A DNA stretch of 61,281 nucleotides, counting the filler. It is 7 parts of 7 records of this genome, joined end to end, with 100 filler letters (N's around TTAATTAATTAA, not from the genome) between each part and the next. Parts side by side here need not be neighbours in the genome. Positions count along the whole stretch, not along the records: positions 33,768 to 45,456 come from SRR31147125_60269; positions 45,557 to 51,456 come from SRR31147125_60270; positions 51,557 to 61,281 come from SRR31147125_60280; 4 more parts are not named here. One strand, 5' to 3'. The notes beneath the pieces are model-generated. The model ran no database searches. It had not been told where the DNA came from and saw nothing but the letters and a program-made list of their open reading frames with translations. Made by a program: the position numbers and the translations under genes. Positions 42,276 through 52,544 of this stretch are shown here, one piece after another; within the stretch, counting starts at the first letter, position 1; the number at the start of each line of letters is the position of its first letter.

Positions 42276-44404
42276 ACTTATTCAAAACACTGGCAACAAA
42301 GTTCATTTTGTTAATTTCAATAATCATCGCTATCAACGCTTGCGGCGCTCTTTTTTTTACTCAAAAAGAAGTGGGCGAAGCGATGCTCGAATTAGAACAA
42401 AACTCAGCTCGAAATGTGCTCAATCTGATAGAGCTACACATCGCCAGTGAATACAACAAGCTGACCTTTGAAAAGATAGCGCTTCTGAAACGACTTAACG
42501 GCGAGTTAAAACATCTTTCTTCAGCGGGTGCGTCTGTCATGGGGGAGTACGAACAACTATTTAAGTCCGGAAAACTATCACAATCGGAAGCCTTTACACG
42601 TGCGTTGCAATGGTTGGAAAAAGCAAAGTTCGGCAAAGGGGAACTTTTCGCATTTGACGCCGAAGGGAATCTGCTTAGCCACCCGAATACCAAGTTAATC
42701 GGTATGAATATCCGTGACCTCAAAGATATGAAAGAGCGGAATCTCATCAAAATTGCAAATTTCAGAGACCTGCGTCCCAATGGGATATCCGCCATCATCA
42801 AGTGGAAGATCGGCGGTGAAACAAAAAAGAAAATGGGGTTTTTCGTCCCCATCAAAACGCTGAAAATAACACTTGGGGCTCTCATGGACTTCAGCGACAT
42901 TGAATCGGAAAGTCAGTTGAAAAAATCGGAAACCCTCAAATCACTGAAGAAAACGTTTTCTAAAATCAAAATTGCCAACTCCGGCTACCTATTTATGTTT
43001 AACAGTAAGCATGAGATGTTGATCCCTCCGCCGGAAATGACCGCCTCGGAAATACGTTCGACCACCATGATCCATTCATCCTGGTACGAGCGCCTCAACC
43101 AATTAATTCAATCCTATGATCGCCAAGAACCTTTTATTCAATATCAGGATGATTCCATATCTCCCCATTTAACGATGGATGCCAGTGTGGCATATTTTAA
43201 AGCCTTTGATTGGTATGTTGTTGCTGCCGTCCCATTGCATGAGATTCAAGCGCCTGCTAATAAATTGGTCAAACGTCAAAGCCTCATCATTGTCATGATA
43301 TTAATTGGAAGCTTGGTACTGGCCTACTTTCTGATTGTAAAAATATCTGCGCCTTTAAGAATTTTAACCGACCATGTCAAACAGATCGCCTTACTGGATT
43401 TTACTCAGTCTAAAAAGTTGTTAAATCCGATTAATATTTTACCGCAAAAGCATAAAGATGAAGTCGGGCATCTGGCAGAGGCATTCATTTTAATGCAAAG
43501 TGAACTTGAAAAAAATATACGTAAAGCCATAGAATCCGCTGCTGCCAAGGATCGCTTGGAACGGGAAGCGGCCGAGGAAGCAAACCGCGCAAAGAGTGAG
43601 TTTTTGGCCAATATGAGTCATGAACTCAGAACCCCATTGAATCACATTATCGGATTCACCGAACTGCTTACCGACAAAAGTTTCGGAGAGCTCAATGAGA
43701 TCCAGGAAGAGTACCTGAACGACGTTTTGAGCAGCAGTAGGCACCTTCTCTCTTTGATAAATGACATTCTCGATATTTCAAAGGTGGAAGCCGGCAAATT
43801 GACACTCTCGCTGACCTATGTCGGCCTTGACGGCATTATTAACAGCAGCATGACAATGATCAAAGAGAAATGTCTCAAACAAGGATTTCACCTATCGGTT
43901 GATAAAAAGGCAGTCCCTGAAATTATTCTGGCGGATGAACGCAAACTGAAACAAATTCTTTACAATTTATTGTCCAATGCTGCCAAATTCACTCCTCCGG
44001 GTGGGCAAATCTCAATCGTCATCCGCGCCATGGATGCCATGGGAAATACCGTCGTATGCCGCAATACAGAAGCATTTAACGGAGAGGATAACGATGCCTA
44101 CGTCTGCAGCGACGAGGCCTGCATGGAGATCGAAAAATTTCTCGAAATTTCCGTAATAGACACCGGAATCGGCATTGAACCGGATGATTGCAAAAAAATC
44201 TTCAGACCATTCGAACAGGTGGATTCATCCACAAGCAGAAAATACGAGGGAACAGGCTTGGGCCTATCATTGACCCGGGAGTTGGTCAAACTTCACGGCG
44301 GTGACATCCGTGTTGAAAGCGAAGGAAAAGATAAAGGAAGTTCATTCATCATTACCCTCCCTCTGACAATTTGTGAAGGGAATCAAAATGAGCCGTCCTC
44401 ATAG
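42272..44404 (+). CDS. Sensor histidine kinase (Cache-type periplasmic domains, HAMP, HisKA, HATPase)
   Basis: TM-Cache-TM, KDEVG.LA..F HAMP, FLANMSHELRTPL, NLLSNAAKFT, DTGIGI and GTGLGL. Confidence 0.93.
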   Translation: MNLFKTLATKFILLISIIIAINACGALFFTQKEVGEAMLELEQNSARNVLNLIELHIASEYNKLTFEKIALLKRLNGELKHLSSAGASVMGEYEQLFKSGKLSQSEAFTRALQWLEKAKFGKGELFAFDAEGNLLSHPNTKLIGMNIRDLKDMKERNLIKIANFRDLRPNGISAIIKWKIGGETKKKMGFFVPIKTLKITLGALMDFSDIESESQLKKSETLKSLKKTFSKIKIANSGYLFMFNSKHEMLIPPPEMTASEIRSTTMIHSSWYERLNQLIQSYDRQEPFIQYQDDSISPHLTMDASVAYFKAFDWYVVAAVPLHEIQAPANKLVKRQSLIIVMILIGSLVLAYFLIVKISAPLRILTDHVKQIALLDFTQSKKLLNPINILPQKHKDEVGHLAEAFILMQSELEKNIRKAIESAAAKDRLEREAAEEANRAKSEFLANMSHELRTPLNHIIGFTELLTDKSFGELNEIQEEYLNDVLSSSRHLLSLINDILDISKVEAGKLTLSLTYVGLDGIINSSMTMIKEKCLKQGFHLSVDKKAVPEIILADERKLKQILYNLLSNAAKFTPPGGQISIVIRAMDAMGNTVVCRNTEAFNGEDNDAYVCSDEACMEIEKFLEISVIDTGIGIEPDDCKKIFRPFEQVDSSTSRKYEGTGLGLSLTRELVKLHGGDIRVESEGKDKGSSFIITLPLTICEGNQNEPSS

Positions 44405-44691
44405 TTCGATCAAAGGCATTTTAAACCGAAATCAATTGAAGTATAACGAAACCCGACAGGATAGAGAACAAAAAAGTGTGCAAAGAGCCCAATGACAACA
44501 ATTTTAAATCCATTTCGAAAATTTTCCAATGGATCAAGAGGCATCCTTCATAACCCCACAAAAGTCGTTTATACTCTTCGAGGAAAGCCCTCAAAAACGG
44601 AGCTGGATTCTATAAAGTATAACAAACACAGTTATGAAAGATGCCGATCAAAGAAATCAACCTATCACCCCCAAAATTAGGAGATCAAATC

Positions 44692-45456
44692 ATGAATCGA
44701 AAAACGTTTTCATTTATAATTATTTTGATCAGCACTCTTTTTCTCTCCCTTCCCGTGACTGCATCGGATAAAGGGACTTTCTCCGTTACTCCCGGAACCA
44801 ATGAAGGAAAGAAGTGGCGCATCGGTTATTATGAAGGGGGAGAGTACATTGATTACCAAAAAATATTCATCGAGACCATTCGGGGACTGATGAATCTTGG
44901 CTGGATAGAATATGCCGAAATTCCAAAGCAAAAAGGTGAGCAGACGCAACAATTGTGGATGTGGATGGGAACGCACCTCAAAAGCGACTACATTGAATTG
45001 GTCAAGGATGCCCATTATTCCGCCAATTGGGATGATAAGACAAGAGAGCGGACAGCAAAAGCGATTATTGATCGCCTAAACGAAAAAAAGGATATCGATC
45101 TATTGATCGCCATGGGCACCTGGGCGGGTAAAGACATGGCCAATGGAAAGCATTCGGTCAATACCATGGTTTTATCAGCCAGCGATCCCATCGGTGCCGG
45201 CATTATCAAAAGTATCGACGATTCGGGGTTCGATCATCTCCATGCCCAGTCCGACCCCTACCGCTACGAACGTCAATTACGTGTTTTCCATGAAATCATC
45301 CAATTCAAAAAACTCGGGATTGCCTATGAAAACTCCGATGAGGGCAGGATATATGCGGCTCTTGATGTAGCCGAGAAACTTGCCAAAGAGCACGATTACG
45401 AGATTGTTCGTTGTTTTACTCAAAGCGATATCTCCGACGTTTCTCTTGCTGAAAAA
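44692..45456 (+). CDS. Second periplasmic solute-binding protein, paralog of 35636-36799 (3'-truncated)
   Basis: RBS AGGAG and signal peptide; KWRIGYYEGGEYIDY, IDLLIAMGTWAG and SDPIGAGII shared with the first SBP. Confidence 0.85.
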
Positions 45457-45556
45457 NNNNNNNNNNNNNNNNNNNNNNNNNNNNNNNNNNNNNNNNNNNN
45501 TTAATTAATTAANNNNNNNNNNNNNNNNNNNNNNNNNNNNNNNNNNNNNNNNNNNN
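45457..45556. other. Artificial contig linker
   Basis: N44-TTAATTAATTAA-N44. Confidence 0.98.
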
Positions 45557-46657
45557 TTTATCGCCCCAATCATCTATGGCGTCGGACAATGGGGGATTCC
45601 CGGAACCATGTGTGGTCTGGTCGCTGCGGGGCTCCTTTACGCAGCGTTGAGCCTGGTGGTCCGAATCTTCGGTTCTGACATCCTGCACAAAATTCTTCCG
45701 CCGGTCGTGACCGGGCCGGTCATCATGGTTATCGGACTGGTTCTGGCTCCCGTCGCCATTCACATGGCATCAGGACGGACAGGTGATGGTGCCGCATGGC
45801 TTGTACCACAGACAACCGCTTATATTATTGCCGGGGTTGCTCTGGCGGTCACGATTCTGGTCTCGCTGCTCGGTCGCGGTCTGTTCAAGCTGATCCCGAT
45901 TCTGAGCGGTATTGTTGCCGGTTATATCACCTCTCTGGCTCTCGACCTGAGCGGTTTTACCGCCTCAACCCAGGCCACATTCGATCCGGGTCCGCTGCAG
46001 AACTGGACCGGCCCAGCCCTGGTTTCGATGCAGAAGGTTGCTGAATCCCCCTGGTTCGCAATCCCTGACTTCACCTTTCCGGTCTGGAACCTGGAGGCCA
46101 TCCTGTTCATTGTTCCAATCGCCATTGCACCTGCTATTGAGCACTTTGGTGACGTCCTCGCCATCGGTGGTATTACCGGAAAAGACTACGTCAAAGATCC
46201 GGGCATCAAGAACACCCTCCTTGGTGACGGACTGGCAACCAGCATGGCTGGCTTCCTCGGGGGGCCACCGAACACGACCTACTCTGAGGTTTCCGGTGCC
46301 GTCGCCCTGACCCGCTCCTTCAACCCGGCGATCATGACCTGGGCTGCAATTACCGCAATCCTGCTTGCCTTCGTCGGCAAGCTGGGCGGGTTCCTCAACA
46401 CCATCCCGGTTCCGGTTATGGGCGGCATCATGGTCCTGCTGTTCGGTGCTATCGCGGTTATCGGCATCAACACGCTGGTTCGGGCGGGAACCGACCTGAT
46501 GCAACCACGTAACCTGGCAATTGTCGCCATCATCCTGGTTTTCGGTATCGGCGGAATGAACTTTGACCTCGCCATCGTCAAACTGGGTGGTATCGGACTT
46601 GCCGGTATCGTTGGTGTTCTGCTCAACCTGATTTTGCCACAGGGTGAAACCGAATAA
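45557..46657 (+). CDS. uraA: Uracil/xanthine (NCS2) permease (5'-truncated)
   Basis: PPVVTGPVI..IGL, EHFGD, GGPPNTTYSE and IPVPVMGG; frame open to the contig edge. Confidence 0.9.
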   Translation, partial: FIAPIIYGVGQWGIPGTMCGLVAAGLLYAALSLVVRIFGSDILHKILPPVVTGPVIMVIGLVLAPVAIHMASGRTGDGAAWLVPQTTAYIIAGVALAVTILVSLLGRGLFKLIPILSGIVAGYITSLALDLSGFTASTQATFDPGPLQNWTGPALVSMQKVAESPWFAIPDFTFPVWNLEAILFIVPIAIAPAIEHFGDVLAIGGITGKDYVKDPGIKNTLLGDGLATSMAGFLGGPPNTTYSEVSGAVALTRSFNPAIMTWAAITAILLAFVGKLGGFLNTIPVPVMGGIMVLLFGAIAVIGINTLVRAGTDLMQPRNLAIVAIILVFGIGGMNFDLAIVKLGGIGLAGIVGVLLNLILPQGETE

Positions 46658-46677
46658 ATGTCACACCAATGAAGAAC

Positions 46678-46717
46678 AAAAAAGCGGGGTGAGCACTAAG
46701 CTCATCCCGCTTTTTTG
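46678..46717. terminator. Bidirectional Rho-independent terminator
   Basis: A-run, GCGGGGTGAGC-ACTAA-GCTCATCCCGC stem-loop, T-run, between convergent genes. Confidence 0.85.
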
Positions 46718-46738
46718 ACGGTATCATCGAGAGACGTC

Positions 46739-47191
46739 TCACACGGTAACGACTCGCCGCCTTTCAATACGACCAGTCCCCTGCAATGCCCTCAACAAAG
46801 TTTCGGTCTTCGGTTTTTTCGAGACATAAACCAGATGACTCAAACAGGAACAATCACTCGATCCAAAGCCCACAACCGGCCAGCTCGCACCTGACAAGGA
46901 AAGGAGTCGGCTGCTCCACTCATGCTCATTGTTAACGTGTCGGCAGAACCAGATTGACCGTAACTCAGTGACCGCCTTGAGATAATCGATATGCCAGTGC
47001 TGACGGTTCGAACTTTTCAGGTGATGACCAAGGCGTGCTTTCAAGCCCCCTGGTCCGAACGCGCTACCGCCGTACAGGTACCATCCTTTTGAAATGTCGG
47101 GGACCCAGACATCCGACATCAATGGTCTGCTGCCTGGACAGATAAAACAACAGCAGATAACTACCGCTATCTCCGGGCAACCGCAGATCAC
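46739..47191 (-). CDS. DUF123 / GIY-YIG (Uri) superfamily protein
   Basis: GWYLY.GSAFGPGG..ARL, HWHIDYL and GFGSSDC.C.SHL; start uncertain. Confidence 0.8.
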   Translation of the reverse strand: MICGCPEIAVVICCCFICPGSRPLMSDVWVPDISKGWYLYGGSAFGPGGLKARLGHHLKSSNRQHWHIDYLKAVTELRSIWFCRHVNNEHEWSSRLLSLSGASWPVVGFGSSDCSCLSHLVYVSKKPKTETLLRALQGTGRIERRRVVTV

Positions 47192-47790
47192 GCATCTGTT
47201 TTTAAAAAATGGGTCAGTGCAATCTGCGTCGATTCAATATCGGTGTGATGATGCCCCTGCCAGCCGCACATCAACGCCCCCTGAACATTGTCCCGCTTGT
47301 CATCAACAAAAATCGTGTCCTCCGGAGCAACACCGAAGCGCTCCTCACAGGCCCGATAGATTCCTGCATCCGGCTTCATAACACCCAACTCGTAGGACGC
47401 CACCAGATCCACACAAAGATCACTCAAACCGTATGTCTTTTGCAGATGCTGCCAATGCATGGAGCTGGTATTCGACAACAGAAACACCTGACATTGCGAT
47501 GACAGTTGCCGGGCGAAATCGAGCATCCCATCAATTGGGTTAAAAATATCGTTCCAGGCGACGGCGAGCGCTTCCCGAGTCAGCGAACCGGACACCAGAA
47601 AGCTGAGACGATCGATAAACTCATCATCACCGATCTCCCCATGTTCGTAAGGAATCAGGCCAACCTGGTCGGCAAAATCAGTTTCATCGGCAAACTGAGC
47701 GCCATTCGCACGCAATAATACGAAAAAATCATCATAGCGAAAGTCGATCAGAACACGTCCGACATCAAAAACAATATTGCGCTGACTCAC
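47188..47790 (-). CDS. HAD family phosphatase (YihX-like)
   Basis: FDVGRV, LSNT, KPD..IY and FVDD motifs. Confidence 0.9.
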   Translation of the reverse strand: MSQRNIVFDVGRVLIDFRYDDFFVLLRANGAQFADETDFADQVGLIPYEHGEIGDDEFIDRLSFLVSGSLTREALAVAWNDIFNPIDGMLDFARQLSSQCQVFLLSNTSSMHWQHLQKTYGLSDLCVDLVASYELGVMKPDAGIYRACEERFGVAPEDTIFVDDKRDNVQGALMCGWQGHHHTDIESTQIALTHFLKTDA

Positions 47791-49118
47791 TTAATTTTCC
47801 TGCACTCCAGGTAAAAGCGTTTCTCATCCGCTTCCCCCATGGAGAAAGTTTTTCTCGGCAGGGCTCCGTCGAGGACAATCGTTTTGAACAGGTCATGTTT
47901 TGAAATCGCCGGCAGGTAAAATCCGGCGCTTCCCGGTTTGCTCCCCAGATCGGTGACCGACTTTGCACCATGAATATAATCAACCTTGACAGACGGGTTT
48001 TCATCAAGGTAGCGGTCCAGAAAGGTTTGAAGCGTGGCCACGGTCAGCGTGTATTCTGGGGTGTCAACCTTGCACAACCCGAAATTACCGGCCAGGACAA
48101 CCGGGAAGCTGTGCGCACCTTCTGCGGCAGTCGCCAGAGTTTCAGCCTCCGTGAGACTGGTACAATCTGAAAATGTGAACGGCGTCCCGCGCTCAGCAAA
48201 GAAGGTCTCCATCTGTTGTTTCAGATGATCACAGTCAACATCAAAGAGAACCCGGTGGATCGCTTCAAATTCAAGCCCGGCATCATGAACATTGACCAGC
48301 TCGACCAGAGCATAACGGGCTGGATGCTGTAGAATGGCTTCCTTGTCGTCAGCCTCGTCCTTGAGTTGCTCCCAGATCGCTTTGGCCGTAGCGAACGAAT
48401 GATTGCCGTCCCCCATGGCATACAGCATGACATTCTCTTCACCCGGGTATTTGTCCTGGTAAGCCTCCGGATCTGCCAGCTTTTCCAGCGCTGCTGTCAC
48501 CTGGCTAATCAACTCTGGCTGTTCGACGCGGTAGCCTTTCAGATGGCCGCCATTTTCAAGCAGTTTAAAATCGTAGACGGTCTCCAGGTTCTCCCTGAAC
48601 AGAGGCTCAATCACTGTCTCTTGCGGATCATCGATGAGGACCATAATGTGCGGCAGCTCAATCGGGGCGTTCTCACGTACCTTGATCCGGGGCGGGAGCC
48701 GATCGAGAATCGTCCCTTCCGTTGCCCTGATCAGACTTTGTGACCCTTTATTATAATCATACTGTTCCAGATCCAGAGCGACGACCAGCCCCTTGCGTGA
48801 TTCAACCTCGCTTGTTTTTCGGTCGATCAGAATAAACGCGGGAGCCTGTTCTTCGAAAGTTCCATCAGCCAGATAAGCCTCCATCTGACGATTGATCGTC
48901 TGAATGCGCTGTTCCGCATCATCGTCTTCGAGGTAGACCTCCGGAAAAATCAGATCCAGAGTCGATGGGACTCCCTGAGTGGCCTTCTCAAGCCGCTTCC
49001 AATAAGCCCTGTCCGACGTGTACTGATCACACGCGATCACAGTCCATTGGTGCATATCGGTCCCGCCTTTCGGCAACAGGATCTGGGGAACCTGCAATCC
49101 AATTTTTTCAAAGTTCAT
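47787..49118 (-). CDS. DUF1015 family protein
   Basis: W.VIACDQYTS, IRATEGT..R.PPR, MGDGNHS.ATAK and LPRKTFSMG.A..KRFY.E; start 49118 or 49133. Confidence 0.88.
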   Translation of the reverse strand: MNFEKIGLQVPQILLPKGGTDMHQWTVIACDQYTSDRAYWKRLEKATQGVPSTLDLIFPEVYLEDDDAEQRIQTINRQMEAYLADGTFEEQAPAFILIDRKTSEVESRKGLVVALDLEQYDYNKGSQSLIRATEGTILDRLPPRIKVRENAPIELPHIMVLIDDPQETVIEPLFRENLETVYDFKLLENGGHLKGYRVEQPELISQVTAALEKLADPEAYQDKYPGEENVMLYAMGDGNHSFATAKAIWEQLKDEADDKEAILQHPARYALVELVNVHDAGLEFEAIHRVLFDVDCDHLKQQMETFFAERGTPFTFSDCTSLTEAETLATAAEGAHSFPVVLAGNFGLCKVDTPEYTLTVATLQTFLDRYLDENPSVKVDYIHGAKSVTDLGSKPGSAGFYLPAISKHDLFKTIVLDGALPRKTFSMGEADEKRFYLECRKIK

Positions 49119-49247
49119 GATTCTTCCTTTCATATCTATAAAAACAATTCAAATCCGTCTCAAAAAAAGCCAAAGTTATCACGTTTCAACCAGCATTTAA
49201 ACTGTTTGCTCACCTGTTGAGGTAAAGCCATTCTCATCCGAAATCTC

Positions 49248-49276
49248 TTGACTTCACTCCTCCCCTTGCCTATAAC
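49248..49276 (+). promoter_or_regulatory. Sigma70-type promoter for the riboswitch-btuB transcript
   Basis: TTGACT-N17-TATAAC. Confidence 0.7.
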
Positions 49277-49296
49277 CCTGAGCACAATTTCATATC

Positions 49297-49489
49297 GTTT
49301 TATGGTGCCGCAAGGCTGAAATTCAATTGGAATTTCTGATGGGAAGCGAGGTGAAAATCCTCCGCGGACCCGCCGCTGTAATCGAGAAAGACAGGACAGA
49401 CAGACCACTGGCCAACAGCCGGGAAGGTGTCCTCGTCAGTCATGCAGACACGCACGACAGCTCGTGAGCCAGAAGACCTGCTATAAAAC
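49297..49489 (+). ncRNA. Cobalamin (B12) riboswitch
   Basis: GGTGCC..GGGAAGCGAGGTGAAAATCCTCCGCGGACCCGCCGCTGTAA..CCACTGG..CCGGGAAGG..GAGCCAGAAGACCTGC; closing GTTTTAT/ATAAAAC; upstream of a TonB receptor. Confidence 0.95.
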
Positions 49490-49543
49490 ATGAACCATTT
49501 TCTCCCCGGGTATGGGAGCATGGAAGCTGCGTGGTAAAAACGG

Positions 49544-49575
49544 ACCCTGCACCTTTTAAGGTGTCGGGTTTTTTT
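49544..49575 (+). terminator. Riboswitch-controlled attenuator hairpin
   Basis: ACCC-TGCACCTT-TT-AAGGTGTC-GGGT followed by a T-run, between the aptamer and the btuB RBS. Confidence 0.7.
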
Positions 49576-49616
49576 GTGCCTTTTTCATGCTTTCGGGGGA
49601 CAACAGGAGGATCCAC

Positions 49617-51456
49617 ATGAAGAAAGGTCTGGTTTTACTGCTGGGCGCACTGCTACTGGCAACCGGTGCCCACGCCCAAAGCACAACCCTCGACCCGATC
49701 GTCGTCACTGCGACACGAACAGCGACACCGCTCAGTCAGATCGGAAGTTCGGTGACCGTCATTACAGCAGAGGAGATCGAAGCAAAACAGTACATACAGG
49801 TTTTGGATGTTTTAAAATCTGTTCCAGGCCTCACAATGGTCCACAGCGGACCTATGGGAGGACAGACGTCCATCCGCTCACGAGGGACAGACAACAAGCA
49901 CACTCTTGTCCTTATTGATGGAATCGAATTCAGAGACACGTCCAGTATCGGCGGCGGTGCCAACCTGGCAAACCTCAGCACCGATAATGTTGAACGGATA
50001 GAAATCGTCCGGGGTGCCCAGAGCGTCATTTACGGCTCAGATGCAATCGGCGGTGTCATCAACATCATCACGAAAAAGGGAGAAGGGCAACCTCAAGGCT
50101 CTGTTGCTGTTGAAGCAGGATCTTATAACACCTGGCGTGAAACAGCCACGCTCTCTGCAGGGGGAGAAAAAACCCGTTCATCTTTCAGCGTTTCAAAAAT
50201 CGACTCGGATGGGTTCTCTTCATACAATGAAGATGATGGTTTTGATGAAGACGATGGCTACGAGAGAACAAACGTTGTCTTCAACGTCGGCTCAGATCTG
50301 TCTGAGCATTTCACACTGAACCTGAACCTGAGACTTACCGATTCTGAGTACGAGTTTGACTCCGGCTACTATGATCTCTCTACCTACAGTTACGTTCAGG
50401 CAGATACAGACGCCGTTGTTGACAGTCTTGAAGTTGCGGGCCGAGCCGAAGGGATTGCCTCTTTGCTTGATGGTAAATGGACCGTTATTCTCGGCACATC
50501 AATAACTGACACAAACAGAGACACGTCGGGAACTTACGACAACTATGAGTATGACGGACGAATCACAAAGCTAGATCTGCAAAACAACTTCATTGTCGGA
50601 AACAACCAGACAGTCGTCGTTGGCCTGGAAACAGAAAAAGAGGAATATACAAGCAGTTACGGTGATGAAGGGGACGCCCGGACACAGGCGGTATTCATCC
50701 AGGACCAGATCAATGTCGGGGCATTCTCAGTGGCACTTGGCGTCAGGGTCGATGACCACGAAGAATTTGGCAATGAAGCCACCTGGCGCATTGCACCAAC
50801 GTACACTCTTGCCGGTACAAAAACAAAAATCAAGGGCTCTGCAGGAACCGGCTTTAAAGCGCCCTCCCTGTTTCAACTCTACTATCCGTTCGGCGGCAAT
50901 TCAGATCTCGACCCGGAAAAAAGTAAAAGCTATGACGTAGGCTTCGAACAGCCACTTCTCGGCAACAGCATCATTGTCTCAGCCTCCTGGTTTTACAACG
51001 ACATTGATGATTACATTGATTGGTACAGCGATGGTGACTTCGACTATTATGATGGTGACGGATATCACAATATCAATCGGCTTAAAACGAAAGGTGTCGA
51101 GGCAACTATCGACTGGCTACCTTCGGACCGTTTTTCCATGCAGTTGGGATACACCTACACGGATACGGAGGATGAGGACGGCAACCGTCGGGCAAGAATC
51201 CCTCTTCACAAAGGAACAATTGACGTAAATCTTGAGCCCATCGATCATCTCAAACTCAACGTAAACGCACTCTATGCCAGCAAAAGAGATGATGGGGCCA
51301 CAACAGAGAGTCTGGATGAGTACATCCTGATCAATCTGGCAACCTCCTACCAGCTCAACGAAACGCTGGAACTGTTTGGTCGTATCGACAATCTCTTCGA
51401 TGAGGACTACGAAGAAGCGGCCGGGTATGGAACGGCTGGATTGTCCGCATACGCGG
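49617..51456 (+). CDS. btuB: TonB-dependent cobalamin receptor (last codons cut by contig end)
   Basis: RBS AGGAGG, TonB box IVVTATR, plug LVLIDG..IEIVRG..S.IYGSDAIGGVINI and NLFDEDY; B12 riboswitch upstream. Confidence 0.88.
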
Positions 51457-51556
51457 NNNNNNNNNNNNNNNNNNNNNNNNNNNNNNNNNNNNNNNNNNNN
51501 TTAATTAATTAANNNNNNNNNNNNNNNNNNNNNNNNNNNNNNNNNNNNNNNNNNNN
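51457..51556. other. Artificial contig linker
   Basis: N44-TTAATTAATTAA-N44. Confidence 0.98.
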
Positions 51557-52385
51557 GGAACTCGATGGAATGAAACTCGAGGATTATTATCGCCACCCCG
51601 AACTCTATCGACAGGCCTTTGAGCAGCTGGGGTCCCAGCTGCCGGAGGATACTATGGCGGCTTTTGAAGCTGAGGTGATAAAGTCCTGCGGTACGTCTGC
51701 CTATTTTTCGATCCGTTTTTCGCCTCTGCCCGATTCGATCGAGCGAAGCCGGGTGATTTTTACCGTGATGGATATCTCGGACAGCAAACGGTATGAGGCT
51801 GAGCTTGAGGCGCGGGTGGAGAAAAGAACTCATGCGTTGAACGAGATCAACCAGAAGATGCAACGGGAGATTCAGGAGCGGAAGAACTCGGAGAAGGCGT
51901 TGATCAAAAGTGAAATTGAATTGGAGACGCAGCGCGCCATCCTGGAGGAAGCGAACGTTGCGTTGAAGGTTCTGATTCGTGATGCGGATCATGAGCGGAG
52001 AGGGTTTGAAGAGCGCATCGCCTTGAACCTGCAGGAGCTTGTGGAGCCTTATCTGGACAAACTCAGGAAAAGTCGTATTGATGATCGGCAACAGAATTAT
52101 CTCTCAATCATCGAAGGGAACCTGAAAAATATTGTTTCACCGCTGGTGCGAGCTTCCATATCTTTGAGTATGAAACTAACCCCGGCCGAGCTTCAGATTT
52201 CAAACCTGATAAAACAGGGGAAGTCATCGAAAGAGATCGCTGATCTCCTTCACCTGTCGCAGAGGACGATTGATAAACATCGCAGTAACATCCGCAAAAA
52301 AATCGGTATTGAAAACAGTAAAGTCAACCTCAGGTCGGTGTTGCTCTCCGATAAACGGGAAGGGCGCGATGCGGTCAGAAGTTGA
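51557..52385 (+). CDS. PAS/coiled-coil LuxR-family transcriptional regulator (5'-truncated)
   Basis: PAS C-terminus DISDSK and LTPAE..I..G..SKEIA..L..S..TI..HR.NIRKK LuxR HTH. Confidence 0.85.
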
Positions 52386-52544
52386 GGCTCTTCTACGGGT
52401 TGGTTTATGAACTTCTTCCGGTCTCTGTTGAAAAGGCATGTTTTTTCCGGTCTCTTCGTGGCAATATTGTCAGTTGTTGGGCGTTCGGAAGGTGTTCTGT
52501 CTGTTCTGGCCGCACGGCACTCAAGAACTCTGGCTGATGGTTGA

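Noticed and set aside
5980-51556. Six identical TTAATTAATTAA motifs inside N-runs
   Set aside because: Artificial all-frame-stop linkers joining contigs; not a biological repeat or CRISPR array
45300-52400. Apparent neighbourhoods across gaps (SBP with uraA, btuB with the LuxR gene; likewise birA with ahcY)
   Set aside because: Separated by linkers; the contigs may come from different genomes
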